Below are positions 11,301 through 63,134 of a DNA stretch of 64,000 nt, one piece after another. Location of the stretch: contig CAUYUJ010000114.1 of assembly GCA_963575745.1 (NCBI GenBank), forward strand, positions 1,302,001-1,366,000, given 5' to 3'. Under the pieces are notes generated by a model. It was not told the origin of the DNA, did not search any database, and saw nothing but the letters and a program-made list of their open reading frames with translations. Both the position numbers and the translations under genes were made by a program. The stretch's first letter is position 1. Each line of letters opens with the position of its first letter. This stretch comes from Prorocentrum cordatum. Lineage: Eukaryota.

Positions 11301-11832
11301 GAGGGGCGAGGGGGCGCGGGACATCCTCCTCCTCCTCCTCCGAGGAGGAGGAGGAGGAGGGAGAGGGAGGCGGAGGAGGAGGAGGCGGAGAAGGAGGAGG
11401 AGGAGAACGAGGAGGATCGGTCAAGTCGACGGTCCGCCTCGTGGGGACACTCTGCAGGAAGGCTGCCTACCTGACGGCCACCACGAAGCAGACTTGCACC
11501 TGCTTGTTGGGGCAGGAGAAGAGTTCCAGAAGGAGCGTGAGAGATGCAAGGCCCAGGGCCGCAAGTGGCGAGCTACCCGATCGGAGGAGGCCAAGAGGAG
11601 CTACAACGAGAGGAGCCGCATGCGCCAACGCGAATTTCGAGCAGCAGATCCAGAAGAGGTTCCGCCGCTACCAGGTCAAGGCCAGGAAGAAGGTGAAGCT
11701 CCGCGCGCAGGAGAACTCCAGGCTCGAGGGCCGCGCCATCCCGCGCATGAGCCTCAAGTCCAAGCGAGCTGCACGTCGGGGAGTCCTTCGGCGGCCTGCC
11801 GCAGCCCCAGCAGCCCCAGCAGCATCAGCAAC

Positions 11833-11876
<44 letters not shown>

Positions 11877-13945
11877 CCATGCAGCCATCAGCCACCCAGG
11901 CTGGCAAGCCAGGGCCCTCCTGCTGACAAACGTCGTGCCGGCATGGGGGAGGAGGCCGCAGACCTCCACACCGACGCCCTCATGCCGTACGTGGTCGGTT
12001 TCATGCAGAACACGCCATATCAATACGCCTTGGTTTCAATGCCGTGTCCTGTGGAGGGGATTGCCGTCATGCTGTGCGTGGTCGGTTTCATGTAGAGTAC
12101 GCAATGCCTTTCAAGCCTTTTCCTGTGGATTGGATTGCCGTCATGCTGCGCGTGGTCGGTTTCATGCAGAATACGTTGTACCCAATCCTGCCCTGGGCAG
12201 GTCCAAAGTCGCCACCGACTGTGCCTGCTGGACGGCACCCTTGGGTTGCAGGTGTTTGGCCCTGGCCTGCCCGGCTCTTGTGGTCTGCCCTAAGTCTGGC
12301 TGGGCGGGAGGGTTTTGCTGAGCGCGGCTCGCACGTGGAGCTCATGGTCCATATGCTCGACAGCATAGGTTGTGCACGCCTCTCGCTGGCTTACCTTCCC
12401 TGTGGGATGACCCTCTGCTTGGAGGGGGAGATGATGTTGGAGAGCCTGCTGGAGGGACGGAGCTTGCTACTATCAATGTGACGTCCTCGACCAGGGCCCG
12501 TCTGGAAGAACGTATCCGCGGTGCGGCTGGCCCGCACTTTCTTGCCCTACGCGAGGTTCGCCAACGAGACGAACGTCCTGGTTGGGTTCTTAATCTCTTC
12601 CAAGAGTTGGGCTGGTCTGCAGAATGTTCTCCGCCACCACCCCCATCGTGCAGACATGCCGGCCTACAGGGTGGCTGTGCTATCGCATGGAGGCCCTCGC
12701 GCGTGGGAAAAAGGTGCCAATAATACGTGACAAGCTCTTCGGGCATCGCATGCCTGGTGTGAAGACGGAGCGAGCTATCTATATTTCAGTGTACGGCCCA
12801 GTATTCAGATGTCACCTGGTGAGGGTGCTTCCTGGGTTCTGTACAAAATGTTGCGGTGCCTAGAGTGCCGACATATTTGGTTGGAGATATGAATTTACGA
12901 CCTGCATACGACGGTTTACTCGGACCTGGATGGTCCCTAACGCCTGCTACGACAACAACAACTTCGGATGGTACGTCGCCGACGAGGCGCCTGTACTATG
13001 GGCCCCCTGTGCCTGTCTTCACCGAAATGTCTCAGCATGTCAATGCTACCTGGAGTCCCTTTTCACGGTCTTGTCAAGTACGAGTTGCAGGAGCCGATGC
13101 ACCATCGCCCACAGCTTCGACTACGCCATACCACCCTGTATGCTTTGGACCACCTCTCTGAGTCGGACGACCTGCTGGAGGAACTGAAGGCCAAATTGGA
13201 ACAGATAATGCCGAGTCGGATCGACCCGACGTTGTACGACATGGCCGATGATGGCCTGGTGAAAGTCTGGAAGCACTGGCATGAGAGGGCGGAGACCGCC
13301 CTGCAGCTGGCGCTGGAAGAGGATTACGTTACTGTATCTCATGCTGCGGAGTGGCCCAAGGGTTCCGAGGCCTCGACCAGACCGACTTCGCATGGGTCGC
13401 CTGCCAGGTTGGCGGGGACCATAGCACTACGACGGCTACTCAGACTACATCGTCAGGTGTCCGAGAAGCTCAAAGGTAAGAACGCCCTGAACCCTCGATC
13501 GTCTCTCGATGTGAGCCTGTGTGAGCGGGTGGCCTGCGCTACGATGGAAGGGATTCTGGAGATCCCACTGTACGGAGTCCCGACCTACAGCGAAACGCCC
13601 AACGTGCTGGTTGGAGCTATCTCCAAGGAGCAGGCCAAGATACAGGCCTCGTCGGGTGTGTACCAAGTAGCTACGCCCATGCTTCGTGCCGCTTCACCGA
13701 CGGCAACTTCAGACGTTGGTGAGATGAGACGATGTTGGGAAATGCAATGGGCTCCAGATCCTGGATCCCACGATGCTGTTGGCCATTTTACGCGCTGACA
13801 GGAGTGGGCGGCCAACGTGGACTTCCCACAAGGCGGCAGGAGTGATGATTGTACTCCTACCTCCGAGTCCTTTGATTGCAACGTTGAACATTGTCACGGA
13901 GCTCCTGGGCTTGATGGATGGACGTCAGGCGAGCTCAAGATACTA

Positions 13946-14120
13946 CCGTTGGGGCGTTGACCTAAGGAACCCTAAATAAGGAACGAGGCCCCTTTGTCCA
14001 GAAGTTCAACTTCGACTTCCCATCGAAAATACAAGGATGACCTGGGGCAAACTGCGAAACAATGAAGGAACGCGGAGCCCCTCCCCAACGAAAAGGGTTC
14101 CTTCTTCAGGGCCCCGACTG
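13946..14120. mobile_element. TA-flanked MITE (CAGTCGG-type TIR) in decayed LINE
   Basis: TA|CCGTTGGGG...GGCCCCGACTG|TA. Confidence 0.55.
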
Positions 14121-14504
14121 TACGATGCCTGCTTCCTGCAGTGATCCTGGGCCTTCACGAGCTGTGGCGTCTCACTTCACGGGCTCGTGCGGGGCGCCAG
14201 GGGGCACCGCCCAGCGCCGAGCCGGGGCGCCTCTTTCCCCGGAGAGTCGCGGGGGCCCCCAGGAAAGAGACTGGGCTTCGGCCCATCAGCGTGGGCGCGA
14301 TCTTGGCTCGAGGGTGGCTGTCGGCGTGGGCCAAGGGTGTGCCGCGGCCACCTGACAGCCAGTACGCAGGTCGACTCAAGACCTCGGATGTCCAGGCTAT
14401 CTCGTCCTGGCCCCACGACTGCGAAGCCGCGGAGGCCGGGGCAGAGCTTGGCTTGAGCAGAGCCTGTCACAACATCGCCTCCGCGGTTGGTGCCCAAAGC
14501 TGTA

Positions 14505-14671
14505 CAGTCGGACCGCTGAAAGAAGGACCGCAAAATAAGGAGCGAAGCCCCTTCTTGGCCCTGTAAGCGCCTCCGTGCCCCAGGAGGGCAAGAGGAACAG
14601 CACTGGAGGAACCTAAGGAACATCGAGCCCCTTCCGAACCCAAACTGTTCCTTGTTTCAACGTCTTGACTG
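14505..14671. mobile_element. TA-flanked MITE (CAGTCGG-type TIR) in decayed LINE
   Basis: TA|CAGTCGGAC...GTCTTGACTG|TA. Internal similarity to about 56290-56410. Confidence 0.65.
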
Positions 14672-14894
14672 TATTTGCAGTGGAGTTCCGCCAGCGGTGG
14701 CCTTCACGGCCCCAGCTGCCTGGCGGGGGCCCAGGGCACTGCTGCGCGGCCCAGGTGCTAGCGCCGCCCACATGGCCCACGCGCGGGCGACTTTCGTCGT
14801 TGGCACCGTGGCAGCCGTGCCAAGGAACGTGCTGCATGGACGGCCGATCCATCACGTCAGCCACAATTGACGCCGTCGACGCCGACTCCGCCTA

Positions 14895-15048
14895 CAATCG
14901 GACTTGATTCGAGAGGACACGCGAGAGGACAAAAGACCCTTTCCGAGGGGCACAATGCCATAGGAATGCAGGAGGCACGGGTCGCAAGACACAGGACACG
15001 AGGGTACCCTTGATCTGGCAGGGTCGACCTACTAATCCGGGCCGCCTG
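14895..15048. mobile_element. TA-flanked MITE (CAGTCGG-type TIR) in decayed LINE
   Basis: TA|CAATCGGAC...GGGCCGCCTG|TA. A full-length homologue is at 56774-56926. Confidence 0.75.
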
Positions 15049-17848
15049 TACACACAGTCCTTCGACGCGGTGGTGGGGTCCGAGGAGAACCAGGCTAAGA
15101 GGCAACGGTGGACGCGTTCTGACGCTGGGCCAATGCTGATGGAACAGCTTGGGGTCATGGCCGTGCACGTCGACCCCACTCACCCGATCTGGCCCCGTGC
15201 TGGTTGTGACAAGCTGAACACCGCCATCCTTGCCCTGTCTTCGTGCCCTGGTACTGCAGCAGTGCGTCGGAGGTTGGCTACCTCGTACATTCGCCCCTTT
15301 TGGTTGTGGGGACCCTTTTTCGAGCGGTCATCAAAACCAAACACATGTGGTGGTGCTACGGAAGGTGTTGGGCCCAACACATCAACCTCCAGCCGCAGAT
15401 GCCGGGTGCACTACATGCCTTCAAGGTGATTGTGGATGAGCGAATCTGCTGGTCTCCGTTCTTGGAGAACTACATGCAACAACATGCGGCCGTTCTCGGC
15501 CTCCTCAGATACGCCGATGGTCGTGGATGCCTCCTGAGTGTGGACGGGCACGACGACCACCGAGTACAGAAGCTTGTGGAAGCGACGGGACGAGAGTTCT
15601 GGACGCGCAGACCCAATGAGCCGAGGTACAACAGGCGCATCGAGCACGTGCTGAGGTGTATTGCTCGAGTTCGGTGCTTGGCGATGGTTAATAATAAGCG
15701 GGCAGGCGCACCAGAGATCCTCGATGTGAATATTGATGCTGGGACTCGCCCATCCTTCAAGAATTTTGTGAAGCAGTTGTCGGAGGAGCAAAGGGCATCC
15801 TTGAACATCTTTCGTTCGGGGGCCGCAACTTCAGAGACACGCAGAAGAACGGGACAACCTTGCAAACATTGTCAGGCGATCAATCCTTAATTTCGTCATT
15901 TCTGGACATCAGCCCCCGGGGTCCTGGCCAAGAGTGGATGGGCGACTTTCAGTTGCCACCCGAACCCGAGAACGAGGACCACCATGCTGACCGCCGCTTG
16001 CGAGCTGGGGGTGCAGATTTTGGGAGAAGGTCTTGATGAAATGCTTCATCCATCACGACATCGGCAAGCTCTTCTTGCTGCTGCTGATCGTGGAGTTGGT
16101 GGTGGATAGCGTCATCTGTCATGGGGCTAATCCAGAGTTCGGGTGCTCCATTCACCATCTTCTTCAGGGCTCGGACAAGGAGGAGCTCAACGCCCTCATG
16201 GAGGCGGACTTGCCCGCCGAAGGGGGGGTCGAGACCGCGAGCCGTTACGACAAGCGCGAAGGTGATGAGAAGGAGAAGGGGCCGAACCCCCAGGGAAATG
16301 GGCGGGACAGTGACGGCCTACCTTGGGACGGGGAGGAGAGCTCGCGCGAATACGCAGGCTCCTCCGTCCCGGAAGGCACCCGTGAAGATCAAGAAACGCA
16401 GAAAGGCCACGAACAGCAAGACAGACCAGAAGAAGGAGTCCGGAGATGGCGTCCCCATCGGCACGGAGGACGACATCGGGACGCAGGACCTTGTGGGCAA
16501 GAGCATCGGCAGCTGCAAGCACAAGGGCAAGCACAAGGAAAGGTGCGAGAACGTCGTCATGGAAGACCTGCACGACGACATTCCCACGGAAGCGATCGTC
16601 GCTGAGGCCGTGAGGTGCTTCGGCCACGACGTGGACCGTGAAGCACTTGACCGAAGATCTCCTGCAGATCACTGCGGGCGCCCGGGTTCGGCCGTGGCGC
16701 TCGGGTCCCGGGGGCTCCTCGCCACCGCTGCTGGTCGCCTCGTTTTGGACCTTGGGCCAGTTTTTTCCGCTCGTGGTGGCCATCGGGCTCTGCGCTGGCG
16801 TCCCGGCATAGGCTGGGGCGCCTTGGCCTGCGTGCCAGGACCTGGAAAGACAGGCCGCGTAATCAGAGACCTCAGAGACCTCCTCCTCCTCCTCCTCCTC
16901 CTCCTCCTCCTCCCTTCCATCGGGAAAGAATGGGGAGGGGAAGGCGGAGGAGGCAGAATATCTCTGATCTGCCTCCTTTCACGGGGGGGAGGGGGAATGG
17001 AGCCCCTGACGCCAAGGAGGGAAGCGAGAGTTCCATCCCCCTCCTCCTCCTCCTCCTCCTCCTCCTCTTCTTCTTCTTCTTCGTCTTCTTCGTCTTCTTC
17101 GTCTTCTTCGTCTTCTTCTTCTTTTTCCTCCTCCTCCTTCTCCTCCTCCTCTTCCTCCTCCTCCTCCTCCTCGTCCTCCTCCTCCTCCTCCTCCCTCCTC
17201 CTCCTCCTCCTCCTCCTCCTCTTCTCCTCTGCTCCTCTTCTCCTCTTCTTCCTCCTCCTCCCCTCCTCCTCCTTCTCCTCCTCCTCCATCTCCTCCCCCT
17301 CCCCCTCCTCTTCCTCCTCCTCCTCCTCCTCCTCCTACTCCTCCTCCTCCTTCTCCTCCTCCTCCTCCTCCCCCTCCCCTTCCTCTTCCTCCTCCTCCTC
17401 CTCCTCTTCCTCGTCCTCCTCTTGCTCCTCCTCCTCTTGCTCCTCCTCGACCTCCCTCTTCTCTCCCTCCTGCTGTAGTGCCCCTACCCCCCCCCGGCAG
17501 GGCGGGGGCGGGGACGGGGAAGAGATAGAGGAGGCACCGCACCTCGCAGGGGCAGAGGAGGAGGGACGGGGAACGATGAGGGGGGGCGGGGAGGAGGGAC
17601 GCGGAAAGATGGAGGGCAAGGAAAGGGGGGGGGAACGGAGGAGTTACCGCTCCCCCCACCCCCGACGCTGCAATCATCGTGCGATCAGCGCCCGTGCCCC
17701 GTGACCAAGAGGAGGCACCCTCCCTCCCTGAGCGTGGCGGCCACGACCGCCGACGGCGGAGGCCTTCGGCAGACGACACGGAGGGCCAGGGCGGCTGGAG
17801 ACGGCTCCGCGGCACCCGCGGTGCCCGAGGGCCGCGGCCTCGGCGGGC

Positions 17849-55829
<37,981 letters not shown>

Positions 55830-56773
55830 CTGCGGTGGGGCTGAGCGCGTTGGCGCGCCGGGGGCCGACCGCCCCGCTCCTCCTCCCCCTCCCCCTCCCT
55901 CTCCCCTTCCCCCCTCCCCCTCCCCTCCCCCTCCCCCTCCCCCCTCCTCCTCCTCCTCCTCCTCCTCCTCCTCCTCCTCCTCCCTCCTCCTCCTCCTCCT
56001 CCTCCTTCCCCTCCTCCTCCTCCTCCTCCTCCTCCTCCTCCTCCTCTTCCTCCTTCTCTTCCTCCTCTGGCCAAGGAGGAGGCTGCCCAGGATGCGACGG
56101 CGCGGGCAGGAGCGCGCCAGCTACCGTCGAGCCGCTGGAATCAGGAACGTTAAATGGGCGTTTTCGGAAACCATGAACCCAAAACGTCTTCACCTCCGGG
56201 GGCGCATCTCTTACGTCTGCCGCCTTCCGCCGCCCGTCCGCCAGCTTTCGCCGCGGAAGAGATGACAACTCCTTCGATCACGCCTCAAATACGGAACGAG
56301 GCCCCTTTTTGGCACCAGGAGCGCCTGCGTGCACGAGGAGGGCCAGAGGAACAGCCATGAGAGGACCCAAGGAACCTCGAGCCCCTCCCGAGCCCAAGCT
56401 GTTCCGACTCTGGCCAGGGCCAGGGTGGGGCCCACGGTCGGTGCACACGCCCTCCGCGCCTTGGCCGGGAGGGCGTGTGCACCGAACCAGGGCCCAGGAG
56501 GGGCCTGGTCGGGGTCGGTGCAGGTGTATCGTTGGCGCCCGACGAGGCTCCGATAGCGACAGGGGGAGGAGGAGGAGGAGGAGGAGGAGGAGGAGGAGGA
56601 GGAGGAGGAGGAGGAGGAGGAAGAGGAGGAGGAGTGTACAGGTCGCTGGTCAGGGACGAGCATACGAAGGGATCTCTGACAAATCAAAACTCTGGCGCGC
56701 CAGGGAAAATTGAAGCCGTGGGTCGAAGCATCCTCCATAATCAATTCTCCAGCTGGGGACCTGACCTGACCTA

Positions 56774-56926
56774 CAGTCGGACTCGAGTGCACAGGACACG
56801 CGAGAGGACACAAGACCCTTCCGAGGGCCACATTGCCACAGGAATGTAGGAAGCATGGGTCGCGAGACACAGGAGACAAGGGTACCCTTGATTTGGCAGG
56901 GTCGACCTACTAATCTGGGCCGACTG
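56774..56926. mobile_element. TA-target MITE, homologue of 14895-15048
   Basis: TA|CAGTCGGAC...GGGCCGACTG|TG. Confidence 0.75.
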
Positions 56927-57469
56927 TGACAAAGGGCTCCCAACTTCGCGCTTCGCGCTGCGCGAAGCGCGAAGTGCGCATAACTTCGCGCTCTCGCGCC
57001 GCCTCCCAGGGGAGAAGAGGAGGATGAGGATGAATCGGAGCCGAACCGCGAAGCGCGAATAACTTCGCGCCCTCGAGGGCGCCCTTGTGTAACCTGGCCT
57101 CCAGGGCCCCGACCTGGACGCGTCCGACCCTTCCCAGGCATCCCTGCGGGCACCTCCGCGGGGCCCTCCAGGACGGCCGCCGCGCGACACGACGTCGAGA
57201 CACAGCTGGCTCGGGACACGCTCGAAAAGTTCTGGCGTGAGGAGGAGGAGGAGGAGGAGGAGGAGGAGGAGGAGGAGGAGGAGGAGGAGGAGGAGGAGGA
57301 GGAGGAGGGGGAGGAGGGGGGGGAGGAGGTGGAGGAGGAGGAGGAGGAGGAGGAGGAGTTGCTGCCGGCCCTCGTTCCGGGAGTCCTCGCGGAAAGACAG
57401 GGAGCCCTAGGAACCTCGGGACGCATCAGTGCCACGACTCTCTGCTCCTCTGATCGAGCCTCCAAGGAT

Positions 57470-57516
<47 letters not shown>

Positions 57517-60500
57517 ACTGCACGACACGCTCGCACTGGACCGCCGCTGACCTCAGGAGGACGGCGGACGCGGCCCTCGCTCGAGCGCGTGCGTCAGGCG
57601 TGCGCCTGCAGTGTGCGCCGGCGCCCCGCTCGCGCTTCATCGGCTGTTGCTGCAGCGCTGGCTGAGGAGTGTGAAGTCAAGCGGGGATCGAGGAGGGACG
57701 TGCTTGCTTGTGTTCGGGTGGCTTCTGGGCGTCTGGGAGTCCTTTTTCGGGCCTCCAAGGGTCAGGGCCTGGGTCGGCAAAACAGCCTGTCTAGCGGGCC
57801 TGGTGGTGCTCAGTGGTTCTCCGAAGTCTTCGGAGCATGATAAGTTCATTTCAAGTCCGTGAAGGGCCGCTGCCCAACGTACTGCTCTAAACGTGCGTGG
57901 GCAAGCAAAACACTCCGCAAGGTTCATGTCGACCTGTTTCGGCAGTTCTTCGCGTCAATAAACCACGCCTCTCACCAGGGAGGATGAAAAGGGCCTCCCT
58001 CTCATGTTCCTGCTGCTGCTTCCGCTCCCTTTCACAGGCCTTTCGCCCCCCCCCCCCCCCCCCCCTTTCTCGCCACGGATGGATGATGCGCGAAAGACCA
58101 GACAGGAAGAGGCGCAGAAAGGTTCCAGGGATCGTCTTTGAGTCTTGGCGGATTCCTGCTGGAAGGATGGGTCGGCGGGGAAGGAGGAAGAGGGAAAAGA
58201 GGTATTTGAATAACAAAAATAAAAAGAGGGGCGGGGAGGCGGGAGGGAGAGCGACAGGAAGATGAATAAAGGATGCGGATGGAGGGGGAGGATGAGGAGC
58301 AGGACGTCCTTAGAGGCATGGCGTCCTGCTTGTCATCCTACTCATCGTCGTTGTGCTTCTCATGCTGCTCCACGGCCTCCTTTTCCCTCCACCCCGACCC
58401 CTCCTCCTCCTCCTCCTCCTCCTCCTCTCCTCCTCCTCCTCCCCTCCTCCTCCCCGTCCTCCTCCTCCTCCTCCTCCTCCTCCTCCTCCTCCTCCTCCTC
58501 CTCCCTCCTCCTCCTCCTCCTCCTCCTACTCCTCCTCCTCCTCCTTTTCCTTCGAATCATTTGCCCACCTCGCTCTCCTCCTCCTCCTCTTCCTCCTCCT
58601 CCTCCTCGCCCCCTCCCGCCATGCTCCCCTGTCCTGCTCCTCCTTGTCGTCGTCCCCCTCTCCTGCTGCTCCTGCACCTCCCCCGTCCTGCTCAATGTCC
58701 TCGTCGTCGCCTCCCCCCCTCCCGCTTTTCTCCTCCTCCCCCTTGTCCACCTCCCCGTCCACCTTCTCCTCCCTCCTCTGCGTTCTCGTCCTGCGCTCTT
58801 GTCTCCAGAATGTAGCCTTGATGCAGTCAGCGCCCACAGCAATGGCACCAAACCCTTGGACGCCCATGCTGAATCAATTGCATTGGCGCCTTGAGACACG
58901 ATGGGATAATAATGGGCCGAAGACGGGGACACTGCATCCATATGTGTAATTCCCGGATTTCCGGCGACTCGGCTGTTTGCCGAGAGCGGGTTGTTGTCTG
59001 GAGTTGTTATCCTAGCGATCCGGGGCCATGAAGAACCCTTGGGACAACACACGCTGAAAAGGCCAAAGTGACCCACGAATCTGGTAAGGAACTTCATCCA
59101 GGCATTGTTTCCCAAACAGCTTGTCTGTGAAGGTCCTGTACATATATATATATATACACACACGCTAGAACCACGTGCACGCTACGCGCGCGCTTAGGTT
59201 CTAGTCGCAGATGAACCACGGGTGCCGCTGTAAGCCCCGCTGTGGCCACAACGACGATGTCCTGCGTTCTCGGGCCCATTCCATCGACGCGAAGAACGTG
59301 GTCAGAACGCGGGGAACCACGTTCCCGCGTATCTCAAAATATCACTGCCGCCTTTGTTCGGTTTATCAAACTGCGCTTTTCTCTCCACTTTCACTTCAGC
59401 TCTGCCCCGTCGTAGCACTCAATTATTTTGCACATCTGTTCGGTCTTCCCATGCCCGATCGCGCAGACATGAGCCCGCTCCTGATGTTGGGGTTGGGACG
59501 GGGCCTCGCTGCGCGCGCGTGGGAGCACTACGTTTTTTGTTCCTTTTCCTCGTGCTCCAGGCTTCTCGTTTTCAGCGGTCGTTCAGCTGTCGGGTATCAG
59601 CAGAGGGCGCGCGCAGCAGCAGTGCCCTTCTCTGCAATCAATTGTTGTCGAGTCCGTCCACGGGAGTGGGGAAACTTCTTTGCGCTGGACGCCGAACTTC
59701 ATGCTTGCGAGAATCGCACCCGTGGTTTCCGAAGGTTCGGACTCACGGGGGATGCTCGATGATTTGCCTGGCAAGTCCCATTAATGGGGCTGCCTGGAGC
59801 TCTGACAGGGCCTCTGGCGGAGACTTCTTGGCGCTCTGGCGAGGCCTCTCAGGAGGTGAGGGAGGGGCGCGAACCCAGAGAAATTGTATTATTTAGCCAC
59901 GCCCCGCTCGCTCGGGCGGGTCCGCCCTGCAAGGGTTAGAAAAGCAAGAACCGTGTGGAGTAATATCGTGTAAGGGTGCCCTGCTCTCTCTGGCGGGGGT
60001 TTCCCTGGCGGGGGTTTCCTTGGCGCTCTGGCGGGGCTTGCCCAGGAGGGGAGGGAGGAGCGCGAAACCACAGGAAAATTATGGTATAGCCACATCCCGT
60101 GCGCTATGACAGGGTTGCCTCGGGTGCGGTGGGAGGAGCAAAACAAAACAGGGACTGTATATGGTATAGCAACACCCCTCTCGCTCTGCAGGGGCCGCCC
60201 TTGAGGGGTGGGAAAGGGGCAAAACAACGGGTGAAATGATAACTGACATGATGACTACCCCGCTCGCTCTGGCGGGGGCTGTCTGGCGCTCTGGCGGGGC
60301 CGTCCAAAAAAGGACGGAGGAACACGAAAGCTGAGGGGTGAGGGGGGGAAAAAGGAGAGAGGAGGGCATGGAGGCAAGGGGAAGGGTGGAAGGGAAGGAA
60401 GGACGGATGGGGGGAGGCCCGGGCCATCTGGGCGCGTTGGGGCCTCCCGCTCCCGCTCTGTGGCCCAGCTTGGGCCTGTCCTGGGGCTCTCTTGGGCCGT

Positions 60501-61699
60501 CAGGGGCTCCTGCTGGGCAGTTTTCGGGTTCCCTGGGGCCGTCTTGGGGCTCATTTGGGAGCCTCTTCGGCGGTCTTGGGGCGGTCTTGGGGGCGTTTTC
60601 GGCCGTCTTCGAGTACTGGAAGCTCGAGAGCGCGAGAAAACGAACACACATCGAACAAACCTATGCAAATCAATGATTCGTGCTTCTTTGGGCTCTCTCG
60701 GGACGTCTCTCGGGGCTCTCGTGGGCCCTCTTGGAAGCCTCTTGGGCTGTGTGTTTGTCGTCTTGAGCTCCTCTGGGGCCACGTTGGAATCATCTGGGCC
60801 GTCCTGGAGCGCCTTGGGGCCTCCCGTTCCCGCTCTGGGGCCCATGTTGTGCCCCTCCTGGGATTATCTTGGGCAATCTTGGGCTGCTCTCGGGCATTCT
60901 TCAGGCTCTCCGGGCCGTCTTGGGGCTATTTTTGGGGCCTCTTCGGCGGTGTTGGGGCGATCTTCGGGGCGTCTTCGGCCGTCTTGGAGCGTGGAACTTC
61001 GAGAACGCGAGAGAGCGAACACACATTTTAAACAACAGCCGGGAATCAAGGATGTTGGCCACTTCGGGCTTTCTCGCGACGCCTCTCGAAGCTCTCTTTG
61101 GGCCTCTTGGAGGGCTCCTGGGTTGTGTATTGGCCATGTTGGGCCCATCAGGGGCAACGTTGGGGCCATCTGGGCCGTCTTGGGGCGCGTTGGGGCCTCC
61201 CGCTCCCGACCTGTGGCCCAGCTTGGGCTTGTCCTGGGGCTCTCTTGGGCCGTCTGAGACAGGTCGAGAACGCGAAAAACCGAAACACATTCGAACAACA
61301 AACACTTTGGAATCAAGCATTCACGCCTGTTGGAGCTCTCATGAGGCCTCTTGGAAGCCTCTTGGGCTGTGTATTTGCGGTCCTCCTCCTCCTCCTCCTC
61401 CTCCTCCTCCTCGTCCTCATCGTTCCCCTCCTCCTTGTCCTCGTCCTCCTTCTCCTCCCCGTTTTTTTTGTTTCTCTCTTTTTTGTTGTTGTTGTTGTTG
61501 AATGTAATTGCTTCTAAAGAAATATTATTGTTGGGACCTCTGGTGCGCGACCCCCCCGTTTTATCTAGGCCGCAGCCTTGTTTTCATCATTTTCGAGCGA
61601 AAACCCTTGACAAAACGATGTGATCCAGATCCGGTTGTTTTGTTCCCCCCCGCTTTCCCTTGCAAAAAACAATATAAAATGACATTTCTTGTTCTAACA

Positions 61700-62550
61700 T
61701 AACCACATTTCAAGAATCCATTGCAACAAATGTCACGAAATGCACATCGCCGCGGCCGCCGCGCGCGCATGTCGAAATCCTTCCAAACACACGGTGATTT
61801 CAACAATTTCAAGATGCGATGTCAAGGAAACATATGAAAACACACCACTTTCTCATCAACAAATTCTGAAAATCTGCCCCCGCGCGCATGCTGAATCCTT
61901 CCAAAACCAATGGTTTTTCAACATTCCTATCAAACGGGGCTTCGAGGGCAACTTTTGCGCTCACCTCGAACTGCTTCAACAACGTCTGCGCGCCTGCGAG
62001 GGCCACCATCCCTTGCAAAAAATGACACGCGGGGCACATGCGCGCGGCCGCCGCGCGCGCACCTCGAAATCCTGCCAAACACACTGTGATTTCAACAATT
62101 TCAAGATGCGATGTCAAACAAACATATGAAAACACATCACTTTCTCATCCAAAAATTCCGAAAATCTGCCCCCGCGCGCATGCTGAATCCTTCCAGAACC
62201 AATTGTTTTTCAACGTTCCTATCAAACGGGGCTTCGAGGGCAACTTTTGCGCTCACCTCGAACTGTTTCAACTTCGTCTGCGCGCCTGCGAGGGCCACCA
62301 TCCCTGGCAAAAAATGACACGCGGGGCACATGCGCGCGGCCGCCGCGCGCGCACCTCGAAATCCTGCCAAACACACGGTGATTTCAACAATTTCAAGCTA
62401 CGACTTCAATAGAACATATGAAAACGTACGACTTTCTCATCCAAAAAATCTGAAAATCCACCCGCGCGCTCTCGCTGAATCTTTCAAGAACTACTGGTTT
62501 TTCCACATTCCTGTCCATCGGGGCTTCGCGGGCGACTTTCGCGCGCACGT
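61700..62550. repeat. 292-bp tandem repeat, about 3 copies
   Basis: aaacacac.gtgatttcaacaatttcaag at 61785, 62077 and 62369. Confidence 0.92.
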
Positions 62551-63055
62551 ATATACATTGGCGCCACCCACGTGGTACCACTCAAAATAAGTGTATTCGC
62601 TAGTGGGGTACAGAAACGGAAAAACGTCGTATCAGACGCTAGCGCCTCACCAACCATAGCAGTCAATATCATTGTAGGCCCGACAGACAGTACCGGCGTC
62701 GTACTGGTATACCGTGGTTTCCTATTCTAGCGTCAGAAACATGTTACCATCAAAAACCAGTACAGGTGTCGAGTGTTTGAAAAGTGGGAAAAGTCGTATA
62801 CTAAGCTAGCGTCCAGAAAATGTTACCACAACAAGTCACTGTACCCATGCGCCAGTGTAGTAGCCAAGGTCGTCCGCATGCCACGAAGTGAAGTGTCCGA
62901 ACGTCATAGGGCGGGAAGCTGGGTGTGGGTGGTCGCGAAGAGTCGTTTGGAAATTTGGGAGAGCTTGAACTGCCCCCCCACAAAGTGGGGGTATTGGCCG
63001 GCGTCCCATGAAAACCCTGGCACTGGTGAGAACGGCGTGTCCCCACGTGCTAGTA

Positions 63056-63056
<1 letters not shown>

Positions 63057-63133
<77 letters not shown>
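63057..63133. repeat. (TTG)n microsatellite
   Basis: Direct inspection. Confidence 0.95.

Positions 63134-63134
<1 letters not shown>

Larger units (their letters stand above)
12440..15900 (+). pseudogene. Decayed LINE ORF2 (APE and RT relics), frameshifted and interrupted by MITEs
   Basis: Ordered motif remnants in shifting frames: ATINVTS, LALREV, ISVYGP, LVGDMN, GLRPISVG, ELGLSRA (cf. LDLSKA), MDGRS (cf. MDDRS), ENQAKRQRW, EQLGV, CKHC. Confidence 0.7.

Noticed and set aside
16033..16660. Coding-like plus-strand stretch (KEELNALMEADL..., EDLHDDIPTEAIVAEA)
   Set aside because: It is frameshifted with no recognisable family. It may be a retro-element ORF1 relic, but I cannot support that.
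56000..57700. Candidate upstream cyclophilin exons or signal peptide
   Set aside because: Several frames are possible, but none has convincing splice sites and a recognisable presequence.
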